A stretch of DNA of 64,000 bases from an uncultured Coriobacteriia bacterium (GTDB lineage Bacteria; Actinomycetota; Coriobacteriia; Coriobacteriales; QAMH01), in contig CATLBX010000002.1 of assembly GCA_949879855.1 (NCBI GenBank), forward strand, positions 1,448 to 65,447, given 5' to 3'. Both the position numbers and the translations under genes were made by a program. Numbering within the stretch: position 1 is the first letter of the stretch; every line of letters begins with the position of its first letter. Under the pieces are notes generated by a model. That model was not told the origin of the DNA. It searched no databases and saw only the letters and a list, made by a program, of their open reading frames with translations. This document shows positions 30,862 to 39,672 of the stretch, piece after piece.

Positions 30862-31228
30862 GAAGAGCGAGCTCGGGCGGATCCAGGAAGTGTATGACAT
30901 CGTCATAAAGACGCGCGCGCAGATAGCGAATACGCAGTTCACCAAGGAGCGCTTCATTAACCCACCTAATGACGCAGATGATCTTATGGCGGAAGGAATA
31001 CTTAATCGTGTTCTCCGGCTTACTGAAGAGCTGGGCAGCATAGAAGACGCTACTGCACAGAAGCACTCGCTTAACGATAAAGGTGCTCGCGGCATCCGCA
31101 ATCGGCTTGCACACGCCTATGGCGAGGTTGATCGCGAGGTCGTATGGGACGTCATTGAAAATGACTTCGATGAAATCCTCGAAGGCTGCAAGGCATACTG
31201 TGAGGATATGGGAGTGGAGATCGAGTGA
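30851..31228 (+). CDS. HEPN/DUF86 (HepT-like) RNase toxin
   Basis: IRNRLAHAYGEVD (RX4HXY), VWDVI; overlaps the MNT stop. Confidence 0.88.
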   Translation: MSAKKSELGRIQEVYDIVIKTRAQIANTQFTKERFINPPNDADDLMAEGILNRVLRLTEELGSIEDATAQKHSLNDKGARGIRNRLAHAYGEVDREVVWDVIENDFDEILEGCKAYCEDMGVEIE

Positions 31229-31345
31229 GGCTCGCAGCTTTGCGGGATATCAACAACATCATTGCGAAGAGGGACGCTGAAAAGAGAAGCATGCCATATC
31301 TGCTGGTGAGAAGACCAGTCGTCCCCCTCAATCTATAATGCCCTT

Positions 31346-32251
31346 ATGCACATGAAGAGAAAACAGCACTATCTTCCTAAGTTTTATCTTAAGCACTTTG
31401 CTATGCCGAATAACCAGCTTTGGTGCTACAGACGCTCCGCAAACCGTTTTATAAGCAATATTAATGACATCTGTCGTCACGGAAGCCTTTATGAGGCAAG
31501 AAGCTCGAGTTCCCATTGTCCTGGCAAATTCGTAAACCCAAACTATATTGAAAATGCATTGAGCAAGAAGGAGGCGGGGCTTGCCTGCGATTATGAATAC
31601 TTTTTAGACTCCTGTACTTGCCAAGATTTTTCTAATCCTCGCTTCCAGAAATCACTCAGTACAATCTCTCAGCTACCTGGATTCTTTATTGAGCGCCAGC
31701 CGTATTCAATAGAAAACTATCGTGAAATGTCCAACGAGCTCGCCAGCGAATTCAATGACAGGGACGTTCTTTCGGAAAACGATTTGTCGCTTTGCAAAAA
31801 ACAAGGCTATGAAAACGAATTGCCTGCGATGATTCATCACTATATTGTGCAGGAAACAATTATAAATTCAGATAAGAGTAATCTTCCGGTCCACAGATTT
31901 TCGAAAGCCCTGCAATCGCTCAGCCTTTTTGTTGTCGAGGCTCCAGTCGCAACACAGTTTATTTCTTGTTCTTGTCCTGTATGCATCACTCTGGAAACGA
32001 ATGACTATACAAGGATACGTCAAGCGTTTTTTCCTTTATCTAATAGATACTGTGCGGTGTTCACCAAAGGAGAAAGCTCTTGGGGAGGAACAAGCATGGC
32101 AACACGCAGTGATGTGGCTACCATAAATCGACAGCTTCTTTTAGGCGCACCTTTATGGACCACAGCATTTTCGCGAAACGAATTCCCCCTAGCAAAAGCG
32201 CAGACAGCCTATGAGCTCTCTGGTTGTCCAACACCCTCACTGTGTTCCTAG
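31346..32251 (+). CDS. DUF4238 domain protein
   Basis: KQHYLPKFYLKHF N-terminal motif, FFPLSNRY; AT-rich. Confidence 0.75.
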   Translation: MHMKRKQHYLPKFYLKHFAMPNNQLWCYRRSANRFISNINDICRHGSLYEARSSSSHCPGKFVNPNYIENALSKKEAGLACDYEYFLDSCTCQDFSNPRFQKSLSTISQLPGFFIERQPYSIENYREMSNELASEFNDRDVLSENDLSLCKKQGYENELPAMIHHYIVQETIINSDKSNLPVHRFSKALQSLSLFVVEAPVATQFISCSCPVCITLETNDYTRIRQAFFPLSNRYCAVFTKGESSWGGTSMATRSDVATINRQLLLGAPLWTTAFSRNEFPLAKAQTAYELSGCPTPSLCS

Positions 32252-32429
32252 TCCCCAGTCAAACTGCGACAAACTGATATTTCTTCACAAACCATATGAT
32301 TAACGCAGCAAACCGGCATTTGAAGCTACATACGTGGGGTTTCGTCGAATGCGTTTATGCACCAGAAAAATATGATACGTTTAGGCGCAACATACATAAG
32401 TATTACTTAAAACCGCTAGGGAACTCGTC

Positions 32430-35357
32430 ATGCAGCATTCCATGAACATCGATAGGTCAACGAACGAGCTTGAATACAGCGCCGTCGATTTTGCCGAAAG
32501 CCTAAAAGCGAGCTTCATTGGCGCAGACAAGCCCGCTGATGAGCGCTATGCTCCTCGCATTCTGACCAACGACAAAAGTTCTGGAACCGACGTTCTCTCA
32601 ATCCTGAAACGCGAACTCGTCGATTGTGTCTCCTTTGATTTCTCCGTTGCCTTTGTCACAGCTGGTGGCATCCAGATATTGGTCGATATTCTCCGCATGA
32701 TGGAGACTCGCGGCATACCCGGAAGAATCCTTGTTTCGACATACTTAAATTTCAACGATCCAGCGGCCCTCTCCAAACTGCTTGAATTTGGCAACATTGA
32801 AACACGTGTCTACCAGGGCGAAATGCATGCCAAAGGTTACTTCTTCAATAAAGAGCAGCTTTCGACAATCGTGATAGGGAGTTCGAATCTCACGCAAAAG
32901 GCGCTCACCTGCAACAAAGAATGGAACGTGTTGTTCCGGTCCTTTGGTGATGGAGAAATGCTCGGTCAAGTACGCAGGGAGTTTGAGAACCTTTGGGATT
33001 CCGATGACACCGCCTTGCTGACAGATTCCTGGATCGATAAATACCGTGACTATCTGGCTGCAAGTACGCTCGACGCGAACCCAAAGCAGATACAGCAAAA
33101 GGCGTTCTCTATAGAAGAATCATCAGCGCTATCTCGGCCCCGTTCTACTAACGAAATTGTTCCCAACAAGATGCAAGCCCAGGCCCTTGAAGCTCTGGCA
33201 GCACTTCATGGCAGAAACGAACATCGTGCGCTTCTCGTTTCGGCAACGGGCACAGGCAAGACGTATCTTTCTGCGCTCGACGTAAGAGCGTGCCATCCAA
33301 AACGCGTTTTGTTCATTGCCCATCGCAAGCGCATTCTTTCAGCCTCCATGAAGAGCTTCGAACGCGTGCTCGGTTCAAGGTACACATACGGCATCTACGG
33401 GGAAAGTTCGTATTGCAAAGACACGACCTGCGTCTTCGCCATGGTCACAGCTCTTTCGAAGCACCTTGAGGAATTCGACCCGCATGAATTCGACTACGTC
33501 ATCATTGACGAAGCACACAGGACAGGTGCACAGAGCTATCAAAAGATACTCGACTATTTTGAGCCCCGGTTCTTTTTGGGAATGACTGCAACGCCCTCAC
33601 GTACAGATGGCTACGACGTGTATGGCCTATTCAATCATGTAATCGCCTATCGAATCACTCTGCAAGATGCGCTCGATAATGAAATGCTTGCTTCTTTTCA
33701 CTACTTTGGAATCGCCGACCTGGACATTGAGGATGAAGAAACAGATGATTTCTCGCTCTTCGCAAAGCTAACCTCGGAGGAACGAGTACGTCATGTGGCC
33801 GCTATGATCGAGGAGTATTCTGTGCTTAAAGAAGGTAGGCGCGGCCTCATCTTTTGCTCTCGAAACGAAGAAGCAGCCGAACTTTCCAAAAAGCTCAACG
33901 ACATGGGCTATCGAACGTGCGCTATCTCTGGAGAAACCTCTGAAGATTCGCGAAACAAGACCATTGCTCAGCTAGAATCAGGTGCACTCGAGTACATCTT
34001 GTCCGTGGACATTCTCAATGAGGGTATTGACATCCCCTCCCTCAACCAAATCATCATGCTGCGACGCACAGATTCGACAATTGTATTTACGCAGCAGCTT
34101 GGCCGCGGGCTTCGCAAGACAGCCGACAAGGAGTACACGCTCGTCCTTGATTTCATAGGAAATTACCAAAACAACTTCCTGATCCCCATGGCCCTTTCAG
34201 GCGATAGGACATACAACAAAGACACGCTTCGAAAAGTTGTCAAAGAAGGAAGCACGATTATCCCAGGCGCCTCTACAATCTCCTTTGATGAGATATCTGA
34301 AAAACGCATCTTCAGAGCTCTCGAAGAGGGCCGCTTCAGCGACACGAAGCTCATACGAGGCGAATACGAAAACCTGAAGCAGATTCTAGGACGTATCCCG
34401 ACCCTCATTGATTTTGATGAAAACGAGGCCATGGACCCTATGATCCTCATCAGGAAATTCGGATCCTACGCGGCTTTCCTGCAAAAGTATGAAGAAGACT
34501 ATGCTGGAAAATTCGACACCAGAAAGCTTAATGCGCTCAAGTTCATCTCTACGAAGATTGCCACCGGAAAACGCGCTGAGGACCTTATTGTGCTCAAGAA
34601 GCTCGTTGAAAAGAACGACACAAGCCACTGCACATATGAGCCTCGAGACAAAATGGCGGCAGAGACCATATCAGTCGCCCGCATGCTCGGAGGCCAGTAT
34701 TCGAAGACGGGGGAAGAGCTCACCGTTTTCGAGAATGGGATATTTGTTCTTGCACCATGGTTTGCAGGGGCCTTGTCAGACATTTCTTTCCGTGCAGCCG
34801 TTCTTGATGTCATTGCGTTTGGATTACGTCGAAACGCTCAGCTCTATTCGAAGCTTTATAAAGACACGGACTTCGTTTTGTACGAAAAGTACACGCGCGA
34901 GGAAATATGTCGTCTGCTGCGCTGGGAAAAGGAACCGAATTATCAGAATATCGGCGGCTACTTCTACGATGAAAGGACCAACACCTTCCCAGTGTTCATC
35001 GATTATGAAAAAGATCCGACTATCAGCATCACTACACAATATGAAGACAGATTCATATCGGAAAACAGGCTCATAGCTATCTCGAAAAGCAAGCGCACGC
35101 TGGAGTCGCCCGAGATTAAGCGCCTCATGAACAATACGACTAATAAGATGCGCTGCTTTCTGTTTATGCGCAAGAACAAGGACGATGCGGACCAGGGCAA
35201 GGAGTTCTACTTCCTTGGCGAGATGCATCCAACAGGGGAGTTTAAAGAAATCACCATGGCCGACGGGGCCACAAGGGCTGTCGAAATAGGATATGAGCTC
35301 GAAGAGCCGGTGCGCGCAGATCTATACGATTACCTGACGACGAACCTGGATGAGTAG
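32430..35357 (+). CDS. PLD nuclease-SF2 helicase-DUF3427 protein, SauUSI-like type IV restriction enzyme
   Basis: MHAKGY...GSSNLT, SATGTGKT, DEAH, NEGIDIP, QQLGRGLR, C-terminal YTREEI domain; 975 aa. Confidence 0.88.
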   Translation: MQHSMNIDRSTNELEYSAVDFAESLKASFIGADKPADERYAPRILTNDKSSGTDVLSILKRELVDCVSFDFSVAFVTAGGIQILVDILRMMETRGIPGRILVSTYLNFNDPAALSKLLEFGNIETRVYQGEMHAKGYFFNKEQLSTIVIGSSNLTQKALTCNKEWNVLFRSFGDGEMLGQVRREFENLWDSDDTALLTDSWIDKYRDYLAASTLDANPKQIQQKAFSIEESSALSRPRSTNEIVPNKMQAQALEALAALHGRNEHRALLVSATGTGKTYLSALDVRACHPKRVLFIAHRKRILSASMKSFERVLGSRYTYGIYGESSYCKDTTCVFAMVTALSKHLEEFDPHEFDYVIIDEAHRTGAQSYQKILDYFEPRFFLGMTATPSRTDGYDVYGLFNHVIAYRITLQDALDNEMLASFHYFGIADLDIEDEETDDFSLFAKLTSEERVRHVAAMIEEYSVLKEGRRGLIFCSRNEEAAELSKKLNDMGYRTCAISGETSEDSRNKTIAQLESGALEYILSVDILNEGIDIPSLNQIIMLRRTDSTIVFTQQLGRGLRKTADKEYTLVLDFIGNYQNNFLIPMALSGDRTYNKDTLRKVVKEGSTIIPGASTISFDEISEKRIFRALEEGRFSDTKLIRGEYENLKQILGRIPTLIDFDENEAMDPMILIRKFGSYAAFLQKYEEDYAGKFDTRKLNALKFISTKIATGKRAEDLIVLKKLVEKNDTSHCTYEPRDKMAAETISVARMLGGQYSKTGEELTVFENGIFVLAPWFAGALSDISFRAAVLDVIAFGLRRNAQLYSKLYKDTDFVLYEKYTREEICRLLRWEKEPNYQNIGGYFYDERTNTFPVFIDYEKDPTISITTQYEDRFISENRLIAISKSKRTLESPEIKRLMNNTTNKMRCFLFMRKNKDDADQGKEFYFLGEMHPTGEFKEITMADGATRAVEIGYELEEPVRADLYDYLTTNLDE

Positions 35358-35364
35358 ATATAAG

Positions 35365-35754
35365 CTAAATGGTTTTCTTCTTCTTTATCGTCTCAATAAC
35401 CTCTTCGTCTGCCGCCAGCCAGTCCACATCATCGAGCTCGCTAGCCTCCAGCCAGCGGGCGTCGCTATGCTCGAGCAACTTCATCTCACTTTCGAGCTTG
35501 CAGACGTAGCAGTGCATGGTCATCGCGAATTCGGGATAGTCGTAGTCGACCGTTATGAGCAGCGGCCCCACGTCGATGGTCGCGTCAAGCTCCTCGTGAA
35601 TCTCGCGCACGAGCGCCGCTTCGGGCGCCTCGCCCGGCTCGATTTTGCCACCGGGAAACTCCCAGCTGCCAGCGTAGTTGCCGTACCCTCGCTGCGTCGC
35701 GAGTATCTTGCCCTCGTGAACGATGATTGCCGCTACCACTTCAATGTGCTTCAT
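35365..35754 (-). CDS. NUDIX (MutT-like) dNTP pyrophosphohydrolase
   Basis: WEFPGGKIEPGEAPEAALVREIHEEL. Confidence 0.93.
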   Translation of the reverse strand: MKHIEVVAAIIVHEGKILATQRGYGNYAGSWEFPGGKIEPGEAPEAALVREIHEELDATIDVGPLLITVDYDYPEFAMTMHCYVCKLESEMKLLEHSDARWLEASELDDVDWLAADEEVIETIKKKKTI

Positions 35755-35764
35755 AAAACTCCCC

Positions 35765-36376
35765 TCACGTCCGCGGACGCACGCGGTAGGTCACGCCCAG
35801 CTCATCGCAGAGCTCCTGGCATGCCGCTTCCTGCTCGTGGGTGATTGTGCCACCCACCGTCGTCATCGTCACCGTGGGCACATGCGCGCTAGCACGCCGC
35901 GCGAACTCGAGCATCGCGGGATGGGCCTTGTCGCCAAACCTGCTGCGGGTCAGCGCAAGGTACTCGTCAGCATCGGGACTGTTGAGACTCACCGACACCG
36001 CATCGATAAGACCCTCGAGCTCGGGCGTAATATCGCGTCCGGCAACGAGCGAGCCCTGGCCGTTGGTGTTTATGCGCACGGGCAACGCGCTGCTATCCTT
36101 CACCCAACGCGCGACATCCTTGAGCACGTCGAAAGCCTCCGTGGGTTCGCCGTAGCCACAGACCACGAGCTCAGAATAACGACCGAGGTCGAGCTGGCGC
36201 AGCTCGGAAATAACCTCATCTGCCGTGGGTTCGTGCTCGAGCCACAGCACGTCGTGCCCGTTGACCGTATCGCCCTCATCGCGAATGCAGAACGTACACC
36301 GGCATGGACAGCGATTGGTGAGGTTGACGTATAGCGTGTCACCAATCTCGTACAGAATGTTCATTGCCTTGGTCAT
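35765..36376 (-). CDS. Radical SAM protein (TatD-associated type)
   Basis: LYVNLTNRCPCRCTFC, CGYGEPT, RINTNG. Confidence 0.88.
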   Translation of the reverse strand: MTKAMNILYEIGDTLYVNLTNRCPCRCTFCIRDEGDTVNGHDVLWLEHEPTADEVISELRQLDLGRYSELVVCGYGEPTEAFDVLKDVARWVKDSSALPVRINTNGQGSLVAGRDITPELEGLIDAVSVSLNSPDADEYLALTRSRFGDKAHPAMLEFARRASAHVPTVTMTTVGGTITHEQEAACQELCDELGVTYRVRPRT

Positions 36377-36500
36377 CGGACGGCTTGCCTCGTCTCATAC
36401 TCGTTGCGAAATGCTAAGGAAAGGATATCCCTTCGGCTTGCTGACGAAAATCATAAGATTGCGGCACCTTCGACCAAAGCTCGTGACAGAAAAGCGCGCT

Positions 36501-36587
36501 TTGTGACGCATCCCATGTGCCACAAACATGCGGTTCTTGGCGCGATAGTCAAAAAAGTACACTTGTGGCACACGGCGCGGGTCACAA
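36501..36587. repeat. Two 25-bp TTGTGRC-N11-GYCACAA palindromes
   Basis: 36501-36525 TTGTGAC-N11-GCCACAA; 36563-36587 TTGTGGC-N11-GTCACAA. Confidence 0.6.
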
Positions 36588-36693
36588 GTGCAGGTTTTCT
36601 GCTATCGCCACCTGGGCATGCGCCACAAGTCACAATTCGTGACACAAGCCTCCGACTCTCGCTTCATTCCATCCAAATTGCCGAAAACCGCGC

Positions 36694-36721
36694 AAAAAGC
36701 CGCGGGCGTGGCACCCGCGGC
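36694..36721 (-). terminator. Intrinsic terminator downstream of serA
   Basis: Minus strand GCCGCGGG-N7-CCCGCGGC-TTTTT. Confidence 0.75.
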
Positions 36722-36736
36722 CTGCTAGAGCTTGGC

Positions 36737-36890
36737 GAGATTTCTCGACTCCGCTTCGCATCGCTCGAAATGACAGTGGGAACGCCGCTGCGTCCACTTC
36801 GGTCGAAATGACACCGGACCGCCTCGCCGCTCGAAATGACATTGGACCGCCACTCCGCTCGAAATGACAGCACGCCGTCGCGTTCGAAAT
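36737..36890. repeat. Family B repeat cluster (tandem TCGAAATGACA units)
   Basis: GAGATTTCTCGAC, then four TCGAAATGACA units and one degenerate TCGAAAT. Confidence 0.85.
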
Positions 36891-36892
36891 CC

Positions 36893-38488
36893 CTACAGGT
36901 CGATATACCAGACGCGCTCGGTGTCGACCGTCGCCTCGAGCTCGCGACGCACGTTGGCGGGCACCGGCTGGTTCAGGTTGATGAGCACCTCGACCAGGGG
37001 ATGCTCGAAATCCTTTGCGATCTGCATGGACTCGACGTTGATGTCGGCATCGCCAAACACCGTGCCAATCTTGCCAATCTGGCCGGGCTTGTCGGCGTAC
37101 TCGAGCACCACGAAGTCCTTCATCGGCACGAAGTCGACGGGCAACCCCATGAAGTTGACGATGCGCGGCATGTCCGAGGTCATATCGCGCGTGACGCTGA
37201 TGGAGTACTCCTCGTCGCCGCACGATGCCACGATCTCGATATAGCTCGGATAGCTCTCGGACAGCGGGTCGGTGGCGGTCTCCACGACGATGCCACGCTG
37301 CTCGGCGATGTAGTTCGCGTTGATGATGTTGACGGAAACCTCGCTGTTGAAGGTCACGCCGCCAGCCAGAGCCGCGGTGCCCAGAATCGCCGGGTCGGTC
37401 TCCGCGATCTTGCCGCAGGCCGTCACCTTGAGTTTGTCGATGCCACCACCGACGACCTGCGCCAGAATCTCGCCGCCACGCTGGGCAACGGGGATGAAGT
37501 ACTTGAGCTGCGCCATGACGTCGGCCGGAATGCGCGCGGCATTCACTGCCGTGGCAACGGTCTTGCCCTCGAGGCCGGCAATGACGTATTCGGCGATCTG
37601 CGTCGCGGCACGCACCTGCGCCTCCTTGGTGGACGCGCCCAGGTGCGGGGTGATGACGGCGTTGTCGAACTTGTGGATGGGCGAGTCGGAGACGGGCTCG
37701 TTCTCCCACACGTCGATGCCGGCACCGGCCAGATGGCCGTTCTCGAGCGCGTCGGCAAGCGCATCGAGGTCGACGAGGCCACCACGGGCCACGTTGAGGA
37801 CGATGGCACCCTCGGGCATCTCGGCCAGCTGCTTGGCGCCTATCATGCCCGTGGTCTCGGGGGTCTTGGGCATGTGCAGGGTGATGAAGTCGGATTGCTT
37901 GCACACCTCGTCGATGTCATCGAGCAGCGTGATGCCGTAGTGAGCCGCGCGCTCGGGCGGGCAGTACGGGTCGTAGCCGATGAGCTTCATGCCAAAGGCG
38001 GCGGCGCGCTCGGCCACCAGAAGACCCACGTGACCGGTACCGAAGATGCCGAGCGTCTTGTCCTGGAGCTCCTTGCCCGTGAACTTGGGGCGATCCCACT
38101 TGCCTTCCTTCATCGAAGCGCTCGCGGCCGCGGTGTTGCGTGCGGTGGCGAGCATGAGGGCCATGGTCTGCTCGGCGGCGGAAACGACGTTGGACAGCGG
38201 GGCGTTGCACACGATGATGCCGCGCTCGGTCGCCGCCTCGCGGTCGATATTGTCGACACCCACGCCAGCGCGTCCGATGATCTTGAGTTTGCTACCGGCC
38301 TCAATGACCTCGCGAGTGACCGTCGTGGCCGAGCGAACGATGAGCGCATCGTACTCGGGAATCAGCTCGACGAGCTCCTCGGGGGTGGTGTCGGGTTTGA
38401 ACGTGACTTCGTAGCCGGCATCTTCGAGGACGGCGATGCCCGCTGCGTTGAACTTTTCCGGAATGAGGACCTTCACGGTGGACTCCAT
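36893..38488 (-). CDS. serA: D-3-phosphoglycerate dehydrogenase
   Basis: LIVRSAT, GRAGVGVDN, GTGHVG, NVARGG, TPHLGAST; ACT domain. Confidence 0.96.
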   Translation of the reverse strand: MESTVKVLIPEKFNAAGIAVLEDAGYEVTFKPDTTPEELVELIPEYDALIVRSATTVTREVIEAGSKLKIIGRAGVGVDNIDREAATERGIIVCNAPLSNVVSAAEQTMALMLATARNTAAASASMKEGKWDRPKFTGKELQDKTLGIFGTGHVGLLVAERAAAFGMKLIGYDPYCPPERAAHYGITLLDDIDEVCKQSDFITLHMPKTPETTGMIGAKQLAEMPEGAIVLNVARGGLVDLDALADALENGHLAGAGIDVWENEPVSDSPIHKFDNAVITPHLGASTKEAQVRAATQIAEYVIAGLEGKTVATAVNAARIPADVMAQLKYFIPVAQRGGEILAQVVGGGIDKLKVTACGKIAETDPAILGTAALAGGVTFNSEVSVNIINANYIAEQRGIVVETATDPLSESYPSYIEIVASCGDEEYSISVTRDMTSDMPRIVNFMGLPVDFVPMKDFVVLEYADKPGQIGKIGTVFGDADINVESMQIAKDFEHPLVEVLINLNQPVPANVRRELEATVDTERVWYIDL

Positions 38489-38605
38489 TTCTCCTGCCGA
38501 TATTGACCGAGTAATATAGCACACTAAAGTGCTGCATGCTGTATACATATGGCCACATTACAGTACCCTAAAGTGTCATAAACGCTACATTTGAAAGGAC
38601 GACCC

Positions 38606-38962
38606 ATGGCCTCATCATACGACGTCATCGTCGACACTCCCAAGTACCACCTTCAGGGGAAGGCGAAGCTCGAACTCAAGGGCGATGCTGCCTGGGCGCA
38701 GCTCGACATCACCGATTGGGGTTCGCTCGAGGGCGAAGGCACGCGTAACGGCAAGGACTTCGTCGTATCCGGTGTCGCGCATATCGAAGGCAAGGACATC
38801 GAGTTCACCGCCCATGGCGCCACGTGGGCGAACAGCATCGACGTCAAGGCACAGACGAGCATCGGCGAGGTCGTCATCTACGGTACGATGACTGGATACT
38901 CCGCAGGCGACGTTGTCGGCAACGACGCCGGTTTCGCGGGGCGTTGGGCCGACGTTCAGTAA
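38606..38962 (+). CDS. Hypothetical beta-rich protein
   Basis: GAAAGGA RBS, host codon usage, followed by hairpin GCGCAGGTT...AACCTGCGC (38963-38992). Confidence 0.7.
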   Translation: MASSYDVIVDTPKYHLQGKAKLELKGDAAWAQLDITDWGSLEGEGTRNGKDFVVSGVAHIEGKDIEFTAHGATWANSIDVKAQTSIGEVVIYGTMTGYSAGDVVGNDAGFAGRWADVQ

Positions 38963-39071
38963 GCGCAGGTTCCCATAAGCCATAACCTGCGCAAACACGG
39001 GCGTTTTGCTTGCATGGCACACGGTCACGATATATCCTCAACAGCAATTCCGCTCCAGAGAAAGGTCGATC

Positions 39072-39623
39072 ATGTCAACTGATTTCATCGCCATCGGGCA
39101 GCGCATCCAGGGCATTCGCGAGGCCTGCGACGTCACGCGCGAGGACATGGCAGCCGACCTCGACGTCGATCTGGAGACCTACACCAAGTGGGAGGAGACC
39201 GGCGCCGACGTGCCCATCTCGGCCATCTATCACATGGCCAACCGCTTCGGCATCGAGTTCACCGAGATCCTGACGGGCAAGTCGGGACACCTCGACACCT
39301 TCCATCTCATCAAGGCGGGCGAGGGCCGCGAGGTCGACCGCATCCCCGGCTACCACTTCGAGGACCTGGCCTGGCGCTTCACGCAGAAGGACTTCCAGCC
39401 GCTGCTCGTTACGCTTGACCCCCACGACGAGCCCGCAGAGCTCGTCGACCACCGCGGCCAGGAGTTCAACTACATCCTCGAGGGTTCCATCGTCTTCACC
39501 TTCGACGACCGCGAAATCATCCTCGATGCGGGTGATTCCATCTTCTTCAATCCGGAGCACATGCACGGGCAGCGCTGCAACAGCGATGTGCCCGCCAAGT
39601 TCCTCACCATCATCAGCGAATGA
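39072..39623 (+). CDS. XRE HTH + cupin regulator
   Basis: IGQRIQGIRE HTH; HRGQEFNYILEG...GDSIFFNPEHMHG. Confidence 0.92.
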   Translation: MSTDFIAIGQRIQGIREACDVTREDMAADLDVDLETYTKWEETGADVPISAIYHMANRFGIEFTEILTGKSGHLDTFHLIKAGEGREVDRIPGYHFEDLAWRFTQKDFQPLLVTLDPHDEPAELVDHRGQEFNYILEGSIVFTFDDREIILDAGDSIFFNPEHMHGQRCNSDVPAKFLTIISE

Positions 39624-39651
39624 GACAAATACACAGGGTATTTGTCTCATT
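39619..39651. repeat. Family A REP; contains the XRE-cupin stop
   Basis: AATGAGACAAATAC-ACAGG-GTATTTGTCTCATT; TGA at 39621-39623. Confidence 0.95.
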
Positions 39652-39672
39652 TAGGAAAGAACAGGATAGACC

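Noticed and set aside
36737-36890. Tandem TCGAAATGACA units as a mini CRISPR array
   Set aside because: Units are only ~11 bp with short GC-rich linkers resembling family B elsewhere; no cas genes
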